From Carcharhinus longimanus (lineage: Eukaryota), in assembly GCA_030264375.1 (NCBI GenBank), contig JASCQW010000119.1:6909961-6970175 (forward strand): a stretch of 60,215 bases of DNA. Direction: 5' to 3'. Below the pieces are notes generated by a model, which saw only the letters and a program-made list of their open reading frames with translations, had not been told where the DNA came from and did no database searches. Numbering within the stretch: position 1 is the first letter of the stretch; each line of letters begins with the position of its first letter. The translations under genes and the position numbers were made by a program. Positions 1 through 13,712 of this stretch are shown here, in pieces.

Positions 1-75
1 TAACCCGAAAGCTAGTGAGTATATTATCAAATAAATAGGTTGGACTAAAACCTGGTGTTGTCAGACTTTTTACTT
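1..75 (+). mobile_element. Penelope-like element terminal repeat (pLTR) remnant
   Basis: CGAAAGCTAGTG...AAATAAATAGGTTGGACTAAAACCTGGTGTTGTCAGACT matches the Penelope terminus at 37030-37095 in this window. Confidence 0.75.
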
Positions 76-1695
76 AGTCCGTTGTAATCATAGCTCTCTC
101 AAGGCCGTGACTTTCTCCGTTCTGTTCCTCTAGTGTGATAAGGAGTTATAGAATCGCCATGGTTTGTTTAGCCAGCATAAAAGACTACACGCTTGCAAAA
201 ACAAGTTAACTGATATACAAGTTTACATGGGTGCAAAAACAAGTTTTCAATGTTTTGCACAAATCTTTAAGTACTACAACGTTCATTAACCCGTTCCCTT
301 CTTCAGTTATGACCGAACTGAATAATGGTTGATCAGATCTCTAGACTGTATGGATTTATGTTGCATACTCTAGTTTTCTCCCAAAATTCAAATACTATCG
401 GGATTAGGTTGATGGCTCTTTTCAAATTGTCCATTCGTATCAGTGGGCTTTGCATGTTTATTTACTTGTTTACGGGAAAGGGATTTGGGTGGATGCATTC
501 TCGCTGCATGCTCGAAAGGCTGAATGTACCCTCAACATTTTATTCTATTCTGTTCTGTCCTATTGTTTTTTTAATCAGAATTACACAATTTCCAAATTAA
601 CTCAAGGCATGTTAATGTGAACTTTACTGGTTTTTTTTAGCCAAACAGCATTTACTTGTTTAATACACAACCGGGTTGAAATATGAGAAACCAGTCTGCC
701 CCATTGAATCCTTTTCCTGAGGCTTAGCCTTACCAATTCTACAATTACGCAATGACAATTCCGCAACAACTTTCTAATTCCTTTCAGGAAAGCCAATTTG
801 GAAACAAGTCATAAAATCATGTAACACAATTGGGCTGCACTGCAAACCCAAAATATTAGGGAGGACACGAATAGGGAGTCTTAAAAAGTTTTCAAACTCA
901 GTCAGTGCTTCCATTGCCATCAAAAGTGCATCACATCTTTTGTCCCATTTCACTTGAGAGGACAATTAAGAAATGTGTCCTTATGATATGGAAAATAAAG
1001 ACACAGAAGCAACTAAATTCAAAGGACATCAATGCACTTTGGAATAAGGATGCAATAAAAGCGATATCATGGCGTCTGGTGGCATCATTCAAAGTATATA
1101 GGCCGCTGATGGTACTGCGGCAGCGTTCAGCTGTGGAAGATCGATAATGGTCAAAAAGTCGCAACGTGTATTGTTTCACGTCATATTTATCAAGTGTTTG
1201 TCCCCAAAATACTTCAAGTTGCACACAACTCTTTGAAGACTTGTGGTTAGAAATGCAACATTTTCGGGCATTTTGTTGTGGAAGATTAATTACCTTCTGT
1301 TGCATCATTCTAATGACTTCCTTCCAAATCCATTAAAACAGCAAAAGCAACATAATATGAAAATCACTGATGCACCGGAATTATCACCAGTTTGCATCAG
1401 AAAGGGATAGTTAGTGAGGCAACACTACATTTTATGTCCATACAATATTGCAATACATTTATACTCAATTCCACACCATGATTGCCACACGAAAGCCTCT
1501 GTGGACCCAAACATTGAAATTCTTTCAATTTCATTTGTAGCATTTTTTTGTTGCAAAAATTGAATCGTGGAGCAATTATTTGCGTTTCTAAGTCCGATGA
1601 GCACCCCTCAAGGCACTAGAGTAAGACAAGCTCTCGTCAGTACAGAGGAATACAGGGGAAAAGGAAACACAGTCGGGTAACATTCATGAAACATT

Positions 1696-1964
1696 CAGAG
1701 GACATAGCTTCACATTAAGGGGTGGTAGCCATAGGACGGATGCCAGAGGTAGGTTCTTTACTCAGAGGGTAGTAAGGGCGTGGAATTCCCTGCCTGCAAC
1801 AGTCGTGGACTCGCCAAACTTAAGGGCGTTCAAATGGTCAGTGGATAGGCATATGGATAACATTGGAATAGTTTAGGTTAGAGGGTCATTAGATTGGTTC
1901 CACTGGTCGGCGCAACACCGAGGGCCGAAGGGCCTGTTCTGCGCTGTAATGTTCTATGTTCTAT
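1696..1964 (+). mobile_element. CR1/HER1-type LINE, 5'-truncated 3' end
   Basis: Translates RGHSFTLRGG...FFTQRVVRAWNSLP...AFKWSVDRHM (CR1 ORF2 C-terminus), then the 3' UTR GGGCCGAAGGGCCTGT and a (GTTCTAT)n tail. Confidence 0.92.
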
Positions 1965-3092
1965 ATGGATGCATGAGTAAAGCGAATGTGGAGACTATTA
2001 CTGGGCCATGTGGGCACCCATGCTCCAGGCCGATGAAGTCCCAACAGAGTTTGCAGTTGTTCCCTAATTTTGACCTCCCGTTAGCTTTTAAACCCTCGTA
2101 AATTATTGTGCCCTGTTTCTGCTTCGTACAGGACCATTTGCAGTATCATATTCAGTAAAACTGACCTTTTTTTTCATGACTCCTAGAAATATGCAGAGCT
2201 AATGGAGCATCCAAATCCCACAATGGCAGCTGGAGAGCCTTTTGCTGTTGCAGTTTGCTAGTCTGCTAGTTTACACGCTTCAGTCAATTGATCCCTTAGG
2301 GTTGCAAATGTGTTTTTTTTTTCACTGGGCCTTTTGCTAAAGCTCCTAGCTCAATGCAACAAATAACCACAGCAGTTTAAAAGTTATGGCTATTCTTATC
2401 CATGAAGCTAAAGGGCCAACCCAGTTCCATCATTTTTTATGCCCTGATAGATGTTTATTTTAGAATGTGTGAATTGCAAAGGATTTACAAAGGAGTTATA
2501 GATACCATTTGGCTGGAATCAGCAGGACCATGCAAACCCAGAGGATGTGGTCAAATAGAATATCCAGATATTTCTGGATGGGTAGTTTTCAAAGCAATTT
2601 ATCCTTCCTGAAAGACACTTACACTAAAACGTTACACTGGGGTTAAGTCCAGATGGAATTCATTGCAGAGTGAACATCGTGATGTGAAATAGTCAACAAG
2701 AAAGGAATTGTAGAGTCAACTTACATTAGCTTACTGGAGTGAACACGCTTAACTTGGGCTCTTCTTACTTCTTGCCACTCACTAAATGAAAACAATTCTA
2801 ATTCAGCATACCCCTGATCCTGAATATATGTCATCTTTTTGTACTTGCTCCCAGGCTCCATTGACACAATTTTGAACGAGGAAGATGGGGATTCCACAAT
2901 GACCATGGCTTGAATTTTATGCTCTGCCACCCCCAACACCAACCCCTAATCAACAGGTTCTGAGATGGAGGCAGAACAGAATTGCATGGCTGNNNNNNNN
3001 NNNNNNNNNNNNNNNNNNNNNNNNNNNNNNNNNNNNNNNNNNNNNNNNNNNNNNNNNNNNNNNNNNNNNNNNNNNNNNNNNNNNNNNNNNNN

Positions 3093-3181
3093 GGGTCATT
3101 AGATTGGTTCCACTGGTCGGCGCAACATCGAGGGCCGAAGGGCCTGTACTGTGCTGTAATGTTCTATGATCAATGTTCTAT
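3093..3181 (+). mobile_element. CR1 3' UTR/tail, near-identical to 1883-1958
   Basis: Direct sequence match immediately after an N gap. Confidence 0.9.
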
Positions 3182-3689
3182 ATATTCAATAACCCGCACC
3201 TGCTGTTTTGCAAATTCATTTTCAAGATAACGTCAGGATGTTATTGAAAATTAAACGTGTTAGCGAAGTGTGTCTAGCCGAAGGTTTTTGTTTCTCTCAC
3301 GCTCAATGGGTTCTCTTTCTGATCTATACAGATTGGCAGTGTACCATAGATGTTTATCCACCAGCATTGCTCAGTTGTGAGATTCTTTTGCTCAAATTTA
3401 TCCACGACATTTCTTAATTTATGCATAAAATAATTCAGTTATGGCAGCTATGATGTATTAACATAAATCATATTCAGCTTGTGCATAACCAACGGTATTG
3501 ACTTCAATGTTGTGATGTGATGTAAGATTCAGAGGAATCTTTGATGCTGTGCGAATACATTTGACGCCTACCCAGACCCTCTAATCTGTATATGTGGAGT
3601 TTAGTCTGCAAGCTGCAAAATGTTACTCACTGTCCCGTTTCTACCTTTCATTGTCTTCTGCAATTGGGAGTCAATTAAAAAAAAATGCA

Positions 3690-3828
3690 ACGATATGAAA
3701 CACAACAATCTTCAGGACAGGGGTAAGCCCTTCGATCCACGATGTTGTGCCAAACATGACACAAAATTAAACTAATCTCTTCCGCCTGCCCTTGCTGCCT
3801 GTCCCTCTGGTATTTGCATATTCATGTG
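3690..3828 (-). mobile_element. Degenerate CR1 3' end
   Basis: GCCCTTCGATCCACGATGTTGTGCC is the reverse complement of the CR1 3' UTR motif. Confidence 0.65.
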
Positions 3829-4549
3829 AGACAAATTTTGGCACTTGAAATGTCAGCCAGAATGTATTAGACCATTGCACCATTTAATATACGCACACTG
3901 TCCGTTTACCTGTCTGTGATTCGTCAAGCTTGTTCTCTTTTAAAGCAGAAACAACACGTATTGTAAATTTCCAAACAACATTTCTGCACAAATTTACTGC
4001 ATCAATTGTTAGCCTGGACGCTAATTCATGAAAGTAATTTTAATGAGGTCAATGCACACGGGGTGCCCCGCGTAACCAGCAATGATATCCGACGGCTAAG
4101 CTATGTTTAAACTTACTGATATGATTTGAATAAATTTTTAATGATCTCAAAAAACTTGGTTGTCTTACCTGCATCTTTCAATTTCCCTTTGATGGTCCTC
4201 AGTTCTGAAATCACGTAAATATCATAATAATTGACAAATATATGTGACATCGATGAGATATTTTCGCTGCAGCGACTTCTAAAATCATTACAACTTTTTT
4301 TTCGTTAAGGTTCGGCTGCATGATCTTTGACTGTAAATAACTGAAATCTAATCTCATTTCAGTAATGTGTCAATGCCTGGGAAATCTGAATCTACTTATG
4401 TTGCTTGCTGTGTAAGTATTTCCCAATTGACGAAGGAGAAATTTTGTCGATTTTTACTTCTTATAAAAGCGAGAAACAGGACAATTAACGAGAAAAGGGG
4501 AGATGTGTTGCTCGGAAGTGTTCTTGGCAGGAAAGCTGATGACATGTGG

Positions 4550-6140
4550 AAAACATGGTGGAAAGAGTAGTGTTCAATTATATAACATAAGGTTGGAATT
4601 TCCGGTAGAGAGTAGAGCACGGTGGTCAAAGTCAAATTGATATCTTTCAGTGATACTGTCCATCCAAAGTAACGATATTGCCGGGCTCTATCTTGAAGTG
4701 ACGCCCACTGTCATAGAATAATAGCAATGGAAACTCGAACAATTGTGTTGCTGCAGAAAATAAATCCTGGATTATTTTCCTGAAATTGTGACAAAACCAT
4801 AAGTTGAGACAGGAGGATTATTCTAGTAGCAAGTATGAAGAGGTTTAAAATCAGTTACCAAAACCAACATCTGACCAGATGGTTGAAAAATTACAAGAGC
4901 ACGTGGAGGACGAAGTGGATATCTTTAGTCAAGAAAATTGGTCAAATGATAAGCGAAGTGTGCGAGATCAAACCGTTGTAGCAGAAAGCTGAGGCAGAAG
5001 AAAACGTGGGATTTACATCAGGATGTTACGACATTAAAAATGACATCTTAAAGACAAACTCTAGATGCTTAGCTATTTAAGCCGATGAAACGCGGACGGG
5101 AGTTCTTTAAGCTATACTACTTTTGGATGATCAAATTGACATTTTTGCAGGGAGAGCATGAGTTCGCATTGGAATAAGGCAAATTCGAAAAACTATGCTT
5201 GTTGCCCTGGACTGCATAATCATGTCGTTGGAGTGTGCCTGGCATTCCCAAATGTCAGTTAATAAGAACACCTCAAGCGGTAGTCAAGCCAACACACTTA
5301 ATACAAATTCCAGCATTTGAAGAATAGCTTTACTATGGTCATTCTTGATTGTGTTGGACCCCACAGCAAAAGGAATTTTGTTGTGATTACAATGAATGCA
5401 TTTGCTCTATCTCCCGAGGATATTGTGCTATGCAATCTTAATACTCCATTGATTTCAGCAGAGTTTTATTGTTCTTGCTAGATACGGAATGCCAGCAAAA
5501 ATACAATCATGCTAAGTTTCACACTTTTGTTCGAATGTTATGGATAGTGTTGCAGTGCGGTAATTCAAATCAAGTATGCATCATCCAGAATCACGGGACT
5601 CATTGGAAAAATAGCTAAAGCAATTGTGTTCCTGTGGTCAGAATTGTCCAGAGGATTGCAAGCAATGAAATACATATGTTCTTTCTGTTTGTTTGTTTTT
5701 TTGCAATTATTGATGCAGGTCATGTATCAACTGGAATTGATTTGTTGTAATGAGATAAATCGAAAATGTTGATGACCACACACAATTTTTGGAGTTTGCA
5801 TTCAGAGACTACATTGTTCGACTACGTGTCTTACATTCGGGGTAAAAAAGTGGGTGAGTTGGCGAGGCAACATTTCAATGTGGTACCAGCTGTGAAAAAG
5901 AAAAAAAAATGGACATCAATTATTTCGTATTTTTGTGAGTGGAGGTAACATATTGTTATTCTGACCAATGGTAGGTAAAGTTTTAAATCATGCTTTTGTG
6001 TGACTCATCAAATTAAAAGAAGACCTACTGAGTAGAAACATTTGATAACAGCACAATGTTGAAGGAAAACTCAGATGTGTGTCATGATAGTATAATCAAA
6101 TATTATGTTGATAGAGAAGGAAGACTTAAATAGGATATTG
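4550..6140 (+). mobile_element. Gypsy LTR retrotransposon integrase remnant (Gmr1-like)
   Basis: Frame-broken motifs CQLIRTPQAVVKPTHLIQIPAFEE, VILDCVGP (~5340), ARYGMPAKIQS, FKSSMHHPES (~5570) and a HVNMLK-like C-terminus (~6085). Confidence 0.8.
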
Positions 6141-6169
6141 TTATAGGTAAAAAAAAACACCTCTGAGAC

Positions 6170-7306
6170 AGTTAGTGAGTCAAAATACAGTAAGTATTTA
6201 TTTCAAAACTTTTGGGAGAATCCTGTTCCTAACAGTGGTTTGCCAGGCTTCTCATTGAACACAAATACAATGGGTATTCATACATCATGAGTCCCAGCAT
6301 CAATCACGACAAAAATTCCTAATTCCAGTAAGGACAGCAGGTTTTCCTACTTTGACGACGATGCAAACTCTCGATTCAACCAGGACTTACAGCCCACACG
6401 GCAGCTGCTGTCACAGTATAACCTTTGGTCCCATCATGAACCACAACACTCCTGGTGGTGTTGGCATCTCCTTCCTTGAAGTTACTTGGGTGGTCGTTTA
6501 ACGATTAGCACAAGAGGGTAAGGTTTACAATGTCTGCTAATTAACATTCATATTTGGCTATCTGTCTGCATGGAGATGAAAACTAAGAATGTAAGACATG
6601 AACAAGGAAGGAAAACATGAATTAATAATTTATATTGATGTCAGGAACATTATAAGCTTAAGGAGATCAGCCATGAAGAAGGATTATGTTTGCAATAAAT
6701 GCTAGGTGCAAAATGCATTAAATTCATTAACCCTTTCCCTACTTCAATCCCCCCTTTATGGTCAGGGCCAGGCCCAAGCATGGCCCCATGACCAATTCAG
6801 AGCCAAATGTTACCAGCCTGTGGATCTACCTGCAGTTAACAAAAAAAAACAAAGGACAACTTGGTGTACTTTATGCCCACAAAATTCAATGATCACTCAA
6901 TCAACCAACAATAAGGTATCTTATAGCAAAACATTAAAGTTCAAGTCCAATATGAAACCTTGATTTGACCCTGCATGACTGGTAAGCACTCAAACACTGG
7001 CCTTTATCCGTATGTTGGTCTTGGTCATCCTCTGCGCAGTCTAGTTCTTTGGTTTGGCCTGACACTCTGGCTCTTTTCTTCCTTCCTTCCTTCTCAGATT
7101 TGGTGGTTTTCCTCATGTTGCTCATCGGTCGTGATGGTCACCATTGTTGTAGCTCGTTTGTGGGGTCAGAGAAAGATATTACTCTTCGGGTTTCAAGCAC
7201 CTTCTGGCCATTGCCAATTAATCAATCAGGACTTGATCCTTCGTCAGGTTTGCAGCCTGTTTGCCTCCGTCTTCAAACTGCAGCTTGTCATTTTAATTCT
7301 TGCCCA
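6170..7306 (-). mobile_element. LTR element (ERV/Gypsy-like) 3' portion: integrase-like tail, PPT and 3' LTR
   Basis: On the minus strand a polypurine tract AAAGGGGGGAT (6747-6757) is followed directly by TG at 6746. The upstream frame NLTKDQVLID..ARRCLKPE loosely resembles an integrase C-terminus. Confidence 0.45.
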
Positions 7307-7383
7307 ATTTTCAGAAGGCGTTTGACAAGGTACCTCACAAGAGGTTATTGCAGAAGGTAAGGGGGCATGGAGTTGGGGTAGGG
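7307..7383 (+). mobile_element. CR1 reverse-transcriptase fragment cut by an assembly gap
   Basis: FQKAFDKVPHKRLLQKVRGHGVG. Confidence 0.9.
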
Positions 7384-10300
7384 NNNNNNNNNNNNNNNNN
7401 NNNNNNNNNNNNNNNNNNNNNNNNNNNNNNNNNNNNNNNNNNNNNNNNNNNNNNNNNNNNNNNNNNNNNNNNNNNNNNNNNNNTAAACTGGATGCAATTT
7501 GTTTTTCATTACATTTTGCAAAAGATTCAGCCAATGGAAAAATCCAGTGGATAGATGAGGCAGATGATAGCCCGCGTTTCAGAGAAGAATATTTCTACTG
7601 AATGAATGCTACATTAGCAGCAGTTGTCGGAAACAAACTGGCAACCGATGCCAATTTTACGAATAGAGCTATGCAGCTCCGTGCTGATAACAGGAATGCG
7701 AGGTAGCCATAAGTTATTTCTCAGGGTCGGACGAGTGCCAAGTCATTTCAAATAGTTAGGAAACATTATCACAACTACCTGTCCATACTCAGAGAGTTAA
7801 CGTGTGTGAGGTCAAGATGTGATTTGTCATTGGCTGCCGTGAATGACAGTGAGATTATTGACTGATTTAATATACTCTTATTCGATAATGCCCTGCTGAA
7901 ACGTGACCAATATTATTTCGTAAATGCATACTTGCCTTCATGGGGGCATGCTTCTTCAGAGTAACAGTGGCCTTCGCTCATTCTACAATTGAGTATTGGG
8001 CTAACGAATGCCATTATCCCATTTGATTGTTTGATTAAATGAAGTCACGTCATAAATTCAGTACGTTGTGTTTCTTGAGTTTAACTTAAACTTAAGTTTA
8101 GCAATAAATAGCTTCGAGAGGAAAACATCCATCAACATCTTATGGCGCTGTGAGAAGGATAACATCATTGTCTGCTGGCAACACGTCAAGACTCGTAATT
8201 TGGGGTGCCTATGTGTTTATGTTGACCACCTCAATTAGTTAGAGGAGCACCAGACAGGCCTTCAGTGCTGTAAGCTTACTCGCCTGTATCACGTTGAGTG
8301 TTTGTGGAGAACAGGTGTAATGAAAAAAAATAATACGTGTCCCAAAAAGATGGAACACTTTTTTTACATACGCCACGTGCTCTGAACTGTGGACGAAATA
8401 GGGTGCATGGTGGGAGAAGATGTGAAGAGTTGGGTTGTTTAATACGAATGAACGTGGGTGAAAAGGTCCACAGAACACTTTGCCAGGAAAAAAAAAATAA
8501 ACAGAGAAAGAACTTTCCGCTAGGAAAGCATCCAAGAAAAGTGAGAGCACCACATTGTCATGTAGCGAAGGCAATCTGAAAACGAAAGGGAGATTGGCAT
8601 GAAGGGGTATTCCGGAGAAAGAAAGGACATAGCGCTAGAAATAAAACCTCGAGTTCAAAATCGGGCATGAGGGATGGGGAAAGACAGTCATGAGAGTCTG
8701 GGATGGCGATACAGTGAGACTCATGGAGTTAAAACGCAGACAGAGGGAAATACCTGGTGTGGGATGCGGCATGCGTGTACGACTGGCTATGGGATGCGGC
8801 AGCTGGTTCTCAAGGAGGCAACGCAGAGGGAGAGGGTGAGAGATATTTGGGGGGCGGGGGTGGGATGAAAGAGACAGAACAGATTGGAAGCGTCAGAGCC
8901 CAAATCCGTTGATCTGTTGCGATAAGAAATGCAAATGTGAAGCAAAAAAACGTTTAATTTGATATGATTTTCAGCGGCTTGCCGTCTGAGAATTGAGAAG
9001 AAATTATTGCAAGCTAAGATACAACCAGAAAAAAAATGGGGATTAGGGAATTATGATTTTTTAACTAAGTGGGAGAAAAACCCAATGAAAATATACATTA
9101 ATACAACGTTATAAATGCAGGTGAAGTCTTGATATTCCTAAATTCCCGGCACTGATCAATGGCCGAGGTCATCTTTTGAAAAAGTGTATATCAACCAGAA
9201 AGTCATTCGGACATTATGCTAAATATATCAAAACGTTGTGTCTGAAAAGTTATGAAAATATGTAGAGAATGCGACATTTGAGACAAATGCTAATAGTGTT
9301 GCTGAAGTGCCGTCCTGCTACAAAATAATCCACGGGATGACAAGAGGAACTGAGACAGCATAATGAAATGAACATAATCCAAATGAACAGCTGGAACAGG
9401 AGTCTAAAAAAAAACTCGTACAGGTATGAAGACCCCAAAAAAGAACATGGATCATTGTTTGTGTTCAATAAACTCATGATTGTACGAAAATAAAAAAAAC
9501 AGAAATATCCCTAAAAGAATATTCTCAGCAATGGTGATAGCCCAAATGCCAATCTTGCTTCTATCTCTGCCAAGATATCTGTGTGTAGCCATGTTGTAGA
9601 TTCAGAGCCGACACATGAATTCACCAACGAAGTTGGAATAACATGTTATGTCAATGAGACGCAGTAAATTATTTTGAGCTTGACCCTTCGCAACAGAAGG
9701 TAGATTTGGGTTGTGTGACAGGCAGAAATATGTCACTTATCACGAAAGGCGAAAGGAAAACAAAAGTGACCCCTCTGTTTGCTAATTGATGCTGCGCGCG
9801 AGTTTAATCCTAGGAGGAATATCCCTTAAATTAAAACTAGTGGCGATGTGTTAGTGCTTAAGAATTGCATCTTATCATGTTTAAGCACTTAGATTTGTAG
9901 CCTTGATGCTAATTAATTCGCTATAGTTAGACAACATGCTAAATTAATGTTCGTTTGGAACAAAGATGTGCCAAGCGAATCACACCGGGATCCGATAACG
10001 TGTCCTGACCCAAAAGCCAAAATATTAAAAATAATATTATGGTCGAGTCTAACTTCATTTTTCTTGGGTTTTCTGATCAGGTCCCTAAAACATTCACGGG
10101 GCACATAATGAAACTGCACGCAAATGGTGTGGCTACAGTCGCTTGGTGGAGCTCAGAATAATGTGGTGAGGAACTCAACTCATTGCTTCCCAATGGATCA
10201 CCGTATTCTACAGGAAACAAGCCGTGAATGTCATGCACCGTTCCCTCGGTGTGTACGCCTGAACAACATTGAATACAACCGTAAACACATAAAAATTCCA

Positions 10301-10799
10301 GCCAAATGACTGGCAATGCATACATACATACTAGTTCAATCCATAAATTACAAAATTTGTTCATAACTGTACGACACACTGCAAAAACACGATTCCAGAA
10401 AAGTAAATTTGAAGGAACAGTGACGCAATTATGGAAGAACAATTGGAAATGAAACTGATTTTAGAATTTGTAAGTTTCCCTCTAACACTCCACTTATTCA
10501 CTATGAAAATCTTACAAATTTCAAATGAAAATAAATATGGAGCTCTTGATGACAGATACACTGCAGCGTTTCAATAAATCAACTCAAACGCTTTTACTTG
10601 TCGAGATTAACTACTGTCAGAGCCAGAAGGGTCTGCATTTATTTAAACAAAGAACCTGCGATTTGACGATGCCATTCTTTCAAATGTTAATTTTTAAATC
10701 AACTTGCCCCCGAACCGGCCATTATCACGAAATCCACGTTTACAGGTTCGTGTTTCTGCTATTTTATGTCATAAATCGCTAATTTTTCTGATACACAAA

Positions 10800-12507
10800 T
10801 CTGTAGTTCCCAGACAGGTGACAGACGCCTTAGTGAGGGATCACTTTGGGACCAGTGACCCTCGCTCTATAACTGTTAAGATACCGATGGAGAATGATAG
10901 GTCTGGCCCAAAATTTCAACATGCTAAATTGGGGCAAGGCCAATTTAGTAATTATCAGGCAAGAACATGCAACAGCTAATTGTGGGTGTCGGTGGGAAGG
11001 AAACGGGATGTCGAAAATTGAAAGATTTTCTGACTCTGACGATGTTAACCCATGTTCAGGATAATTACATCCCTCTTGGGGTGAAGGACAAGGTTGTTAG
11101 AGGTAGGGAACACTGGGTGATTCGAAACATGAGGTCCTAGTCAAAAAGAAGACAGAGGCACACGACATATATCGACAGCTGGAATGAAGTGAATCGCGTG
11201 AAGAGGGCAGGTGGTGTAGGGGTTATGTTCAGAGACAAATTTGAAGGGCAAAAGGGGACACGAGATTGTTTAGGCAGATAGAGCAAGGAAGAATCCAAGT
11301 AGCTTCTACAGCAACAGAAAGGCCAACAGGGTATCTGGGGAGAAAGTAGGGCTTATTAAGGATCAAAATGACATCTATGCGCGGATCTACAAGAGATGGG
11401 TGAGATGCTAAATGAATATTTCTCATCAGTATTTGCAGTTGAGAAAAAAAAACATGGATGTTAGGGAACTTGGGAAAGTAAATAGCCCTGAGGAGTATTC
11501 ATATGTCAGAGAAGAAGATGCCGGAAGTCTTAAAGCGCACTAAGGTAGATGAATCCCCGGCACCAGATGAAGTGCATACCAGGACATTTTGGGAAGCTAC
11601 GCAAAAAAAATGCGGGTTCCCTAGCAGAGATAATCGAATCATCGATAGTCACAGGTTATTTCGGATTGCAAGGGGATATTGATCAATTGGGCGAGTGGGC
11701 TGATGAGCTTAATTTGGATAAATGTGAGGTAATGCAAATTGGTAGATTGAACCAGAGCAGCACTTGCTCAGTTAATGGTAGGGCCATGGGGAGAGTTAGA
11801 GAACAAAGAAATCTAGGGTTACATGTCCATGGCTCCTTGAAAGTGGAGTCACAGGTAGACAGAGTGTTGAACACGGCAGTCTGCAGGCTTGGTTTCATTG
11901 GTTAGAACATTGAATACAGGAGTTGCACACCTTGTCGAAGTTTTTCAAGAAATTGGTCAGGCCATACTTGGAATATTGCATGCTGTTTTAGTCACCCTAC
12001 TATAGAAACAATATTAGTAAACTAGAGAGAGTGCAGAAAATATCTACAAGGATGCCATCGGGACTTGATGGTTTGACTTATAAGGACAGGCTGTATTGAC
12101 TGGGACTTTTTCTCTGGGTTGTAGAAACTGAGACGTGATCTTATAGAGGTCTACAAAGTAAAGACGGACACACATCACCTTGACCTAAATTTGCTTTCCC
12201 AAATGTATGCATGTCTAAAACTAGAGGGCTTCAGGTGGGAGGGGAGCAATGCAGAAAGGTCCAGAGGGAGCAATGCAAAAAGGTCTTGTTGGGTATCTGG
12301 AACCGCCTGCCAGAAGTAGTAGAAAAAGTGGTATAATATTGTCTTTTCAAAAAACAATTAGCCAGTTGCATGGGTAACATGGGTATTGACGGATATGGGC
12401 CAAATGCGGGCAATTGAGAGTAGCTTAGGTATTTTTTTTTAAAAAAGCAGTCCGGACAAGTTGGGCCGAAGGGCGTGTTTCAATGCTGTAAACATCTATG
12501 AATCTAT
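10800..12507 (+). mobile_element. CR1 LINE from endonuclease C-terminus to 3' tail, with most of RT deleted at ~11655
   Basis: PRQVTDALVRDHFGTSD, LQGDIDQLGEWA...NLDKCEVM...LGLHVHGSLKVESQVDRV, VRPYLEYC, and the 3' tail GGGCCGAAGGGCGTGTT...CTATG. Confidence 0.92.
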
Positions 12508-13577
12508 TTATATATTACATTGACATTTCAAATGCATTAATATGACTTAATCGTCACTGGCTTGGCCAGAATTTATTATCCTGCACAGGGTACCCTTGAA
12601 ATGGTTCCTTATGTACTTTCTTGAAAGCGGAATGTATGTAGTTAATGCGCACTCAGAATGCTGTCGGGCGGCAATTCCAAGATTTTGATGAAGAAACAGA
12701 GTTAAATGGTGCTAACTTGCATATGTAGTACGTTGAGTGACTTGGAGTGGGAATTCATTTTGGTTTTGTTTACAAATGCTTACCGCCTTCTACACATTGC
12801 TTGTCCGGAAAAATGGTAGTCGTCGTGAGTTTGGAATGCTGGTGAGTTCCCGCAGTCCAGCTTGAAAGAAATTGCCACTGTGGTTCGTCAGTGGCGGAAA
12901 GGCGAGGAGATGGATCAGCAAAAGTTTTAAATTCAACCAGCCTTCCTTGTTCTGAATGATTTATGTCTGACTGAGTGTTTCTGGGACGGCACTCATTCTA
13001 TAGCCAGAATATTTATATGGCCAGCGCCCTTCAATTTCTATTATCTGTTACCCCCAGCATGATGAAATTAACGATGGTAATACCGTTAATTGTACAGGGG
13101 AAATTGTTAGGTTCTCATGTGTAGAAAATGTTATTGACCGGCTCGTGTCTGAGGCAGATGGTGTTTGACGGTTGTCAGTTCAAACGTTGCTTTTGTCCAA
13201 TCAGTCCTCCGTGTCTAAATAGACTGCTTCAGTATCCGAATTCTCACAAATTGTTCTGAGCATTGTACAGTTATTTGTCCAAATGTCCCCTAAGGTCATT
13301 GATGAAGGAAAACTGGTTGACACTGGGAAGTCCCTGTGGAACTCCAACAGCAATGTCGTGGAGTTTATCTGATTGATCTGTAACTAACCCCACCAAGTTC
13401 TATTGTCCCAGGTGTGAATTTAAGCAATTTTTGCTGGGCGACCATTGATTTAATGATTGAAAGGGCGCACTAGTCGCATAAATGGCGCAATAATCCCTGA
13501 TATCAAGGCAGTCACTCTGACCTCCTCCCAGAAGTGCATCCCTTTATGCCCAAATTTTGAGCAAGCTATTCTTGGCT

Positions 13578-13712
13578 ACAGCAGGCAAAAAAAAGGTATG
13601 TTGGAGTTCATAATGAGAGAATTTGAGTATAGGAATAGGGCTGTTTTAGTATAATTGTATAGGGCATTGGTGAAGCCACACCTGTAACCTTGTGCGTAGT
13701 TTTGGTGTTCTT
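13578..13712 (+). mobile_element. CR1 ORF2 fragment
   Basis: GMLEFIMREFEYRNRAVLV*LYRALVKPHL. Confidence 0.85.
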
